A DNA stretch of 59,127 bases, counting the filler, from Jimgerdemannia flammicorona (taxonomy: Eukaryota): the NCBI GenBank assembly GCA_003990765.1. It is 2 parts of 2 records of this genome, joined end to end, with 100 filler letters (N's around TTAATTAATTAA, not from the genome) between each part and the next. Parts side by side here need not be neighbours in the genome. Positions count along the whole stretch, not along the records: positions 29,618 to 59,127 come from RBNJ01000495.1; 1 more part is not named here. One strand, given 5' to 3'. Made by a program: the position numbers and the translations under genes. Position 1 is the stretch's first letter, and the number at the start of each line of letters is the position of its first letter. The notes under the pieces were generated by a model, which searched no databases, was not told where the DNA came from, and saw only the letters and a list, made by a program, of their open reading frames with translations. Shown piece by piece: positions 37,507 to 47,242 of the stretch.

Positions 37507-40500
37507 TTAGTAGAGGGCGAAACTTGCCTGATAACACCTATTGCTGCTCAGTCTCTCCAGATCGATTTTAGTTAAATAACGACTGGCAGAACCGTTGACA
37601 AAAGTAAACTCAGATTCTTCAATCTCACGGTGAATTATATTAAGATGCTTTGCAGCTTCTTCATTCAGCCACTTCGCATTCGCAATATCCATCTCTATAT
37701 CTTCAAGATCTCTCAACACTTCATCAATTGTCGGTCGCATTTCAGGGTCAGAATGCCAGCATCTCTTGTAGACATTCAAATATTCAATAGGCGTGCCGGG
37801 AATTGGTTCTTCGCGCAATCCAACAGAGGCAGCAGCAAAAGGCGAATTTTTTGCTGTTCCACGAGGACAATAAGTTGTAGTAAGCTGCCAGAGAAGCGTT
37901 CCAAGGCAGTAAATGTCAGATTTTTGGGTGAGTTGTTCATCCGGATCAATAGCTTCGGGTGGAAGGTATTCCATTCGACCATACGTATCGCCACCAAGTC
38001 CACGGAAATGCTCCACTGTTTTGCCAGTCCCGATGTCGATGATCATTGGGTTCATTCTGTTGGTACTGAGAAACACAATATTTCCTGGGTGCAAGTCATT
38101 GTGGACCAAGCCAGCTTTGTGAATCATTTGCAATCTTCGAGTAATCTCTGCAGCAATTTGCCATACTAGTGCCCATGAGTTTGGTGGAGATTCGTTAAGA
38201 AGTTGTGTAAGGTTGCCACCAGCTGCATACTCCATCACCAAAGCATATGACCCCTTATCGTCCTGCGATAGTCCTACAACTGCTGGAGTTGGTGCTCGGC
38301 CAATATTGTTGCGCAGTCGAACATAGATATTGAGTAGCAACTGATACAGACAAAAATGCACAGCACCGTTAATCCAACATTAGATAACGAGATAAATAAT
38401 CAGCATACAGCTGTAACAGAACGATCTAGACACACCTCATTTCGAAGTTGATCTAATACATGATCACTTCCTTTCAACATCTTCAATGCAAAAACCTTAT
38501 CTATTCCAACGTTCACCTTCGCTTTGTATACTTTGGAAAATCCACCTTCACCTAACTCATCGATCTCGGTGAATTTGTCAAAAGGTATCCAAACTATAAA
38601 TGTGGCAAGTTCGTCAATTTTGAGCATGGCTAAGAATTCCTTGAGCTTTTTGTCATCATTGGGAAGGCCGGACGTAAGTTTCGACATGACATTGAAATCA
38701 GATTGCTCGGAATATTTCCGGATTTGGTCAAGAGTATTTGCAACTGGGAGGTTATCTTGAAGATAAAGCGAGAAGCCTGAAGCTTCTCCTTCATAACCTA
38801 GCGAACATGAACATGCAATGGTCATGAATTGGTTTCAAGCGTTGGTCTAAAAATAACAGTTTGCACAGTGCCGGCATACCTTGGACATACAGCTTCGCCA
38901 ATGTGGTGTTCCGCTTTAATACATTACCGAATAAGCATAATGCCTCGTTATTAATTGAGTTGTCTGTAAATGATTAATATCAAATGAGCAAATATTTCCG
39001 CGGGAAAAGAGGGAACACGTCACAAAGCAGAAAGCAACAATTTACACAATGTCAACGGACCTCCTAGATTAAGTGATGTCAGGGTTGTGTTCCGCCTCAG
39101 AGACCGACCTAGAACGCGTAGACCCTTGTCACCAATCTCATTCTCTAAAGACGAAAAGGAATGGGTGAATGAGGACCAACATGGTGCAGGGATGCGAAAA
39201 ACAGATTACATAGTCAAATCATACTATAAATATTCAGCAAAGTCAGGGTGGTGTTCTTCTCCAAAGCATCGCCCAATGCGATCACTCCTTCGTCGCCGAT
39301 TTTATTCCCTGAATAGAAGATGGTGGATAACTAAACAAGTAGTAACTTAGCCCACAGCCATAAACAGCAAGTCACAAAAAGGAAGACACACTGTCAAGAT
39401 TCATCACCGTCAGGGTCTTGTTCTGCTTCAGAGACCCCGACAGTGCAAGTGCTCCCTTGGCTCCAATTTTGTTTCCTTAAAATGTACAGGGGATAGATGA
39501 GCAGATGGATGAGCAAACAGCAGAGGGCACACGTCCAAAAACTATCGCACAGATATATACAACTGTTCACACATACTGCTGAGATTCAGCACAGCCAGGG
39601 TGGTGTTCAGGTTCAGAGAACTGGCAAGTGCATGCACTCCCGAATCTCCAATGTTGTTGTCTGAAGATGAACAGTGGATGCATGAGCTAATTCAAACGGG
39701 AGTAGGAGTTCAAATCACAGCTGTAAATAACTTTGTACAGAGTTCAAACGTACTGTCAAGGTTTAGTGCAGTCAGGGTCGAGTTCTGCTTCAGAGCCTCG
39801 GCCAGTGCATGTGCTCCCTCAGCGCCAATTTTGTTATCTAAAAACGAACAGGGTATGGATGAACAAAACCGCAGAGGTCGCAATTGAGGATATGTAAAGA
39901 ACAGTTCACACATACCACTAAGCTTCAGCGTCGTTACGGTGACGTTCCGCTTAAGAGAATCGGCCAGTGCGAGCGCTCCGGAATTGCCGATATTGTTGTC
40001 TGCAAATGAACAGTGTATGCATGAGTAAATTAACACAATCGTGAGTTGAAATTCATCACACAGCAGCAAACACCGTTTTCAATTATTCTCATAGCTCAAA
40101 CATACTGTCGACGTTCAGGGCAGTCAAGGTCGTATTCTGTTTCAGTGACTCCGCCAGTGCTCGTGCTCCCTCGTCGCCAATTTTGTTCGCTACAAACGAA
40201 AAGGAGATGGATGAGGAAACATGGACAGGGCACTAGTTCGAATTCAAACAACAACTGCAAAGCAACAATTGGCACAATTCAAACGTACAGTCGAGATTCA
40301 TCGTAGTCAGGGTGGTGTTATATTTTAGAGACTCGGCCAGTGCTCGCGTTCCCGCATCGCCGATCCTGTTGTCTGAAGATCAACGTGGGATGGTAGGCAA
40401 ACACACACAACTTGTGAGGTGGAGCTTGTCACACATTTATGAACAGTTCACACGATTTAACCTACATCCGAGATTCAACCCAGCCAGGGTGGTATTCTGC

Positions 40501-43500
40501 TTCAAAGCTTCAGCGATTGTACCCGCTATTGCATCGGTGATGTTATTTTCTGAACATAAACGGAGGACAGATGAGCAAACATTCAAAATATTGTGTTGTA
40601 ACTCGTCACGCAACTGCCAACATACTGTCTAGGTTCAGGGTACTCAGAATCTGGTTCTTCTTCAGGGAATTGATCCGCTTGAGTGCTTCCACGATACCAA
40701 TACCGATGAGCAGGGACGGTTAACAAAAAAGAACAAATCGTGCGATGAAACTTAATACAAAAACTACAAACAACAGGTCACATAGTCAAACGTACTTTCA
40801 AGATTAAAGGCCTTGTTGCGATCCAGCGATTTGGTCACTGCGTCCTGTTCCGTCTTGCTGATTTTGTTATCTGCAGATGAACAGGAGAGGATCAGCAAAC
40901 ACGCAAAGGTCATGAGTTATATGGCTGCAATTAGCAGTATAAACATACACGTTAGAGTCAGAACAGTCAAGGTCTTGTTTTGCTTCAGAGACTTGTCCAA
41001 TGCGAGTACTCCCATGGTGTCAATGATGTTCCCTAAAGATGAATCGAGGACGGATGAGAAGACAAGCAGAGATAAAATTGAAGCTTGTAACAACAGTTCA
41101 AATATACCGCTGAGATTCAACTCGGTTAATGCTGTGTTCTGTTTAAGAGACTCGGATATGGCAAGAGCTCCCTCGTTAAAAATACGGTTCCCTAATGGAT
41201 GGATAGGCAATAATGCACAAGAAGTGAATTAAAACTTCTAACACAGCTGCAACAACAGTTAACATACATGCAAGTTTGAGTGCAATAATGGTCATGTTCT
41301 GTTTCAGAGTCTCTGCCAGTGCGACTGATCCCTGCGCGCCAATTTTATTTCCTAATAATGAACATGCAAACATCCTAAGATACTGATTTGGAACCAAAAT
41401 ACAGCTGCACACAACAGTTCACAGAATTCAAACATACTATCAAGATTCATCACAGTCAACGTCGTGTTCTGCTTCAGAGCCTCGGCCAATTTGAGAGCTC
41501 CATTTGCGCAAATATTGTTCGCTGAAAATGACCGGGGAGAAAACACCCATAGATTGTGAGTTAGAACTCATCACAGACGGTTAACAACGGTTCACGCAGT
41601 TCATACATACAGGCGAGATTCATCTCGATCAAGGTCGCGTTCTGAATCAGAGACTCAGCCAGCGCGATCGCTCCGTCAGTACCAATCTTGTTTCCTTAAA
41701 TTAACAGGTTATCGATGAACAAACGCCCACTTGTCATGAGTTGGATCTTATCAAACGGCCGCACTTTACAAAGTTCAAACATACTATCAATATTCAAAGT
41801 AGTCAGGATCGTGTTCTGCTTCAGAGATTTAGCCAGCACGAGTGCTCCCTCAGAGCCAATCTTGTTTCCTATATATGGGCAGGTGATCCATGAGCAGACA
41901 CCCACTCGTATTGAGTTAGAACTGATCGCACGGCCGCAAACAACAATTCAAAATACCGCCAAGATTCAACGCAGTCAAGGTCGTGTTCAGTTTAAGAGAA
42001 TCGGCCAGCGCTAGTGCTCCTTGAACGTCAATATTATTTTCTAACAGTGTATCGTTGAGGAAACACTCATAGGTCATGACTTGGAATCTATCATATGTCT
42101 ACAACCTACAGTTCACAGAATTATAACATACCGCCAAGACTCATCGCAGTCAGGGTCTTGTTCTGCTTCAGAGACCGGGCAAGAGCACGTGTTCCCGAAT
42201 CACCGATAAAATTTTCTGGAGATAAACCGGGGATAATTGGGCAAATACAAACATGAGTTGGAGTTCATCACGCAGCTGCGAACAAAGTCCACAGAGTTTG
42301 AACGTACTGTCGACGTTTAGCGCAGTCATGGCCGTGTTCTGCTTCAGAACCTCGGCCAGTGCGTGTATTCCCTCTATGCCAATTTTGTTCGCTATGAACA
42401 AAGAGGGTTTGGACGAGGAAACACATATAGGTCGTTAGTTGGAACTCGTCACACAGTTGCTAAAAACACTTAACAAAGCTCAGACATACATGCAAGGTTC
42501 ATCGCAGTCAGCGTCGTATTCTGAATCAGAGACTCGGCCAGTGCGATTGCTCCCTCATCATTAATGTTGTTCACTAAGGATGAAGAAGGGATGGATTGAG
42601 AAAAATAAACAAGATGTGAGGTGGATCCGTCTCACAGCTGCAAACAACAAGGAATACAGGTCAAACATACAGGCGAGATTTATCGCAATAAGGGTCGTGT
42701 TATACTTCAGAGACTCGGCCAATGCGAGAGCTCCTTCAGCGGCAATATTGTTCGCTAAGAATGAAAAAGTAAACACATATAAGTCGCAAGGTGGAAATCA
42801 CCGCAAAGCTGCAAAAACCAATTTACACAGTTCATACATACAGTCGAGATTCATCACAGTCAGCGTCGTGTTTTGCTTCAGACACTCGGCTAGCGCCCGA
42901 GCTCCCATATCGCCGATCTTGTTGTCTGAAATCCAACAGGGAATGGATAAACAAATACACACAGCTTGCGAGTTGAAGATTATCAAACAACAGTTTAGAC
43001 TAATAAAACATACTATTGAGATTCAGTAGAGTCAGGGTGGTGTTTTGCTTCAGAGATTCCGCGAGTTTGCAGGCCCCTGCATCGGCGATGTTATTGTCTG
43101 AATATGAAGAGTAGATGAATGAGCTAACATGCACAGGAGAGTTGGAACTTATCACGCAGCTGCAAAGAACAGTTCACCATACTGTCGAGATTTAGCAAAA
43201 TCTGAGTCGCCAAATCGAGCACTTCCACGGTAATAATAAAGACGAAGAATAAATGAGCCGGAACACATCACGCAACTACAAACAACTTTCAGAATGTTGA
43301 AACGTACTGTGGAGATTCAGCGTAGCGTTTCGATCCAGAGATTCGGCGAGTGTCCGCTGTACTACTTTGCTGAGTTCGTTGTCTGAAAATGAATAGCGAA
43401 TAGATGAGCAAAAATGCAAAGGTTGTCAGTTGGAACCCAATGACAGCGGCAAACAGTTCACACAGTTTAAACATACATTTTACATTCAGCACTGTTAGGG

Positions 43501-45193
43501 TTGTGTTTAGCTTCAGACACTCGACCAGTGCGAGTACTCCGTTGGTGTCAACGTTGTTCCCTAGTGATGAACAAGGGAACACAGGCCGTGAGTTGGAACT
43601 CAGCACAGTGCTGCAAACAACAACAAATAAATTCAAACATACCGCTGAGATTCAGCGAAGTTAGTGCTGTGTTCTGTTTAAGAGACTCGGCGATAGCAAG
43701 TGCTCCCTCAGTAAAAATGCGGTTCCCTTGAGATATAAATTGGATGGATAAGCGATCATTCAAATGAAACATCTGACAGAAATACAAAAAACAGTTGACC
43801 CAGTTAAATCATACATGCGAGATTCAGCACAGTCAGGGTCGTGTTCTGCCTCAGAGACTCGGCCAGTGCAACTGCTCCCACCGCGCCAATCTTGTTTCCT
43901 AAAAAAGAACATTGGATGGATATACAAATATCCTCAGTTCGTGAGTAAAAGATATTCACATTGTGGCACATAATAGTTCGCACAGTTCAAACATACTGTC
44001 AAGATTCATCACGGTCAACGTAGTGTTCTGCTTCAATGATTCGGCCAATGCGAGCGCTCCCTTATAATCAATGTTGTTCGCTAAGCGTAAAAGGAGATGG
44101 ATGAAGAAACGCTTACAGGTTGGAACTCAACGCACAGCTGCAAATGATATAGTGAAACATACATGCGAGATTCAGAACAGTCAGGGTCGTGTTCTGCTTC
44201 AGATACTCAGCCAGTGCGAGTGCTCCTTCACTTCCTATGTTGTTGGCTAAAAAATTAAAGGACGGATGAGGTACCACGGGCAAGGCGTGATATGAAACGA
44301 TCATGTAGCTATAACAACATTTCCCACATTCCAAACCTACTGTCGAGATTCAGAGCTCTCAGGGATATGATCTGCATCAGAGATTCGGCCAAAGCACGTG
44401 CTCCGTCGCCGCTAATTTTGTTCCCTATAATTTACAGAGTACGGATGAGCAAACATGTATATACAGGTCGCGGTTTGGAATTCATCTCGCATTTCAGCAA
44501 CCAGCGGTTACACGATTTTAACTGACATCGTAGATCCAACTCAGGCAGTAGTGTATTTTTCAGAGCCTCAAGCAGGAGGGGGATATCCTTATCGCCAATA
44601 CGTATTTCTATAGAATAAATGCAAAATGGTATTTAGATACGGCTTAGCACAAACGGTAACAATTTTTTGTACGGTAAATTTAAAAGAGGCAAGTGAAGCT
44701 ACTACGAAAAGTCCCCGCTCTGGTCATATTATTTGAAGGAAACCCAATATAGTGTCCTAGAAGTTGTTGCTAACTACGTACTTGTAAATTGCGTGAGATC
44801 CAAAACCATATTGGTATCCGGCGTGACCTCCCAGGAAGGAGCTTTCTCCATGGTGTTGGTCGGAAAACTGACTCCGGGAACGGGCTCTACAATCAGCAAT
44901 CTGGTGTCATGTTCATGCTTGGCTGCTTGGACTGAGGCCAGTTCCTTGGAGTTGGTGATATCTCCCACACCCAGTCCCTGGCTGACATCTTGGAAAGGGT
45001 TTGTGTTCACGTCATTAACCTGCAAGATGCCTTCTGGTCCGGGTTTAACCCTTTGAATAGGTGGCGTCTCCACCGAATTGACATGGGGCTTTAGGATTGG
45101 TTTAAATAACGAAGGAACCTCCTTAAACTTGAACAAGATGGGTCTAGATAACTTCAGCTTGACTGGAGTATTACGGTTGTCATTCTGTTCCAT
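37507..45193 (-). CDS. Multi-exon LRR (RI/NLRC3-type, 32-34 repeats) + tyrosine-kinase-like non-RD protein kinase, ~1420 aa
   Basis: GT-AG exons mapped by eye. N-terminal: 44782-45193 (frame open to ~45343, true start uncertain). LRR: 44527-44607, 44341-44424, 44163-44246, 43997-44080, 43815-43898, 43643-43726, 43477-43560, 43308-43382, 43014-43097, 42842-42925, 42671-42754, 42490-42573, 42308-42391, 42132-42215, 41957-42040, 41785-41868, 41611-41694, 41438-41521, 41268-41351, 41108-41191, 40949-41032, 40796-40870, 40466-40549, 40289-40372, 40106-40189, 39916-39999, 39754-39837, 39577-39660, 39392-39475, 39225-39308, 39061-39144, 38880-38963. Kinase: 38436-38797, 37507-38340. Repeat consensus xNxIGxxGAxALAESLKQNTTLTxLNLx. 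Kinase motifs WIPF, GEGGFSKVY, ALK, MEYAAGGNL, HNDLHPGNI, DIG, YLPPE, SDIYCLG, CWHSDPEMRP. No stop seen in the joined frame. Confidence 0.92.
38880..44607 (-). repeat. Tandem array of ~170-bp exon+intron units (one LRR each)
   Basis: 34 periodic slots. Introns (~75-110 nt) are themselves related, with recurring GTATGT..TGTGAACTGTT, CAGCTG and GAGTTCCAACTC-like motifs. Confidence 0.95.
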
Positions 45194-45761
45194 TGTAGCT
45201 TTTAGAAGATGACAGCGGGGTGGCTGGGTTTCTACTTGGACGGATCCGTTCCCCAGTCCCAGTTCATCATATTCGGGAGTGACGTGTTGTTCATTGAGAG
45301 AATCTGTATTTCGTCTGATAAACCACGATGCCAAAAACCCACCCTACAATACTCCGGGGTCCAACGTCCCCCGGAAAGAACAAGCGAGCAAGGAACGAAG
45401 TAAAGGGCGAAGCCAATCGAAGAGACAAGAGAAAATCCTAGACGCCTTCCAGCGAACATACGGGGAGCACGACACCAACCGGTAATCAAGCCCGGAAACG
45501 TTATATAGGAAAGACAGAGGTGCATTACTGCGTTGTATTATGCGATGAATAAGTCCTACAACGTGTTCTAAGTTCCTAGCCTAACGTATCATTTCAAATG
45601 CATCGCTGTCATGGCTTCCTTGACTGATCTCGTTATGCCAGAGGTTCTCGAAAAAAAAAAAAAAAAAAAAAAGACGTCATCGACTGAGTCGTTGGTTATG
45701 TTTTCGAATTCGTTCGTGTCAACAAAGTAACGAGTAACTTGCCAGCTCAATTGAAACCATT

Positions 45762-45846
45762 CGTAAACAAGAGATCACCGTGAAAGGTTTCCACACCCTG
45801 ACTCCGTAAACAAGAATTCATCGTGAAAAGCTTCCTCACCCTGACT
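45762..45846. repeat. ~43-bp imperfect tandem duplication upstream of the LRR-kinase
   Basis: CGTAAACAAGAGATCACCGTGAAAGGTTTCCACACCCTGACTC followed by CGTAAACAAGAATTCATCGTGAAAAGCTTCCTCACCCTGACTC. Confidence 0.85.
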
Positions 45847-46259
45847 CAATAAGTTCTTAAGGGTTGCAATATTCCCTTGGGGTCCATAAAGACGATAACG
45901 ATTTTAGTCAACGATCTAGAGAAAGTCTAGGGTCGATCAACACACACATCTACTCTTTGAACGGTCGGCGAACGATACGGGGGAGACGGGTAAAAGTAAC
46001 ACTTTTAGGGTTATGTGAATTTTCTAATCGCAAATGTCCGCATCTTACGTTTGAGACTGTGCAGGATTGATATTCCTGAACGTTGCAAATCGTTGCTGTC
46101 GTCGCTACCATTTCATATATCATTTTTTTACCCCATCAAATCTTCACGACGAGCAACACATTCATGCACTCATGGAATTGATACAATGAAGGCGCGTAAA
46201 AAAAAATATGCCAAATACGAAATCCTATACTCTTTTACACGGAGTGGTCTTCTTTTATA

Positions 46260-46520
46260 GGTTACGCGTTATTGATGACGTAAAAACGAGTGACGTTATT
46301 TACGTGAGTCACGTGTACAAGCCACATTATCGAGTCGAAATTACAACATCGGATAAGAAATATAAATCCTTATATTGGTAGACTTTTAAGGGTCAGAAAA
46401 GTTATATGCTATGTTGTGGAACCTCTGGAATTAGAGAAATTGTGTTAAGTACCGTATTTCACGCGTTACTGATGGATGACGTAGAACTGATGTAAAAAAA
46501 GGTGTTAAGTCACGTGCCCA
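46260..46520. promoter_or_regulatory. Cluster of ACGT-core elements (CRE/ATF TGACGT, AP-1 TGAGTCA, E-box CACGTG, ACGCGT)
   Basis: ACGCGTTATTGATGACGTAAAAACGAGTGACGTTATTTACGTGAGTCACGTG (46264-46315) and a related ACGCGTTACTGATGGATGACGT...GTCACGTG (46461-46516). Function inferred only. Confidence 0.45.
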
Positions 46521-47242
46521 CATGTTGAGTTGTGAATAACTAGAATCTCAATAGAATGATATTGTATTAAGAACAGAACCATGATACTGTCCGCCCCTTT
46601 CTCTGCTACCTTACTGGTCACAATGGTTTGGTAGATAATCTTTTGAGTCTACATTCCCTCCTCTACCTTAGATTAGTTTACTATATATTACAGAGTAGTG
46701 AAAGGGAGGAAAAAAAAAAAAAAAAAAAAAAAGTGGAAGGGAGGCAATGGTGATGAGTTGCCCCTTTATCAGTATCAGATTGGTGTCTTCTCTACTTTTT
46801 TGCAGTTTCTAGTATCTTTGACTACATCTGGAGTATATTTATTTTAGTATAGTACCTTCTTTCTTTTACTATTACCAATAAGATACTATCTCAATGTGTC
46901 ATAGACTATATAGAGAGTCAGCTGACCTTGGGCATCAAGTGCTCAGTGTAGGTTACCTATAGGTCCTCAGTATCTATGGTGAAGCCCTCTGACTTTAGCA
47001 AGCTTTCTAATGAGTATAGTTCTAATATAGGTAATTACTTTTCAGTACCTTTCTCCTGTACAATTCACATTACACAAAACTTCAAGCAACAGGTTTCAAT
47101 ACAACTAGGAGAAAAGGTACTATCAAAATGGCATCAAGCAAGAGCTCTGACAGGTGTACTGGGTTGGGGGGATCTGGGGCTTTCAGCTGGCAGAATATAG
47201 GAAGGAATTATGATCTGGAGATGGGGGCCTTTAGAGGGTCAA

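Noticed and set aside
38880..44607. Periodic ~170-bp array resembling a CRISPR or satellite
   Set aside because: Units are GT-AG-bounded coding exons of diverged LRRs, not identical repeats with unique spacers. Context is eukaryotic with no cas genes.
45232..45525. 97-aa ORF as first coding exon of the LRR-kinase
   Set aside because: The GTATGT donor (~45460) and TAG acceptor (~45344) join it out of frame with the next exon. More likely a 5' UTR intron, so the start codon is left uncertain.
46560..47042. Additional element between the promoter and LINE E
   Set aside because: CpG-depleted and probably TE-derived, but no diagnostic motif or boundary could be supported.
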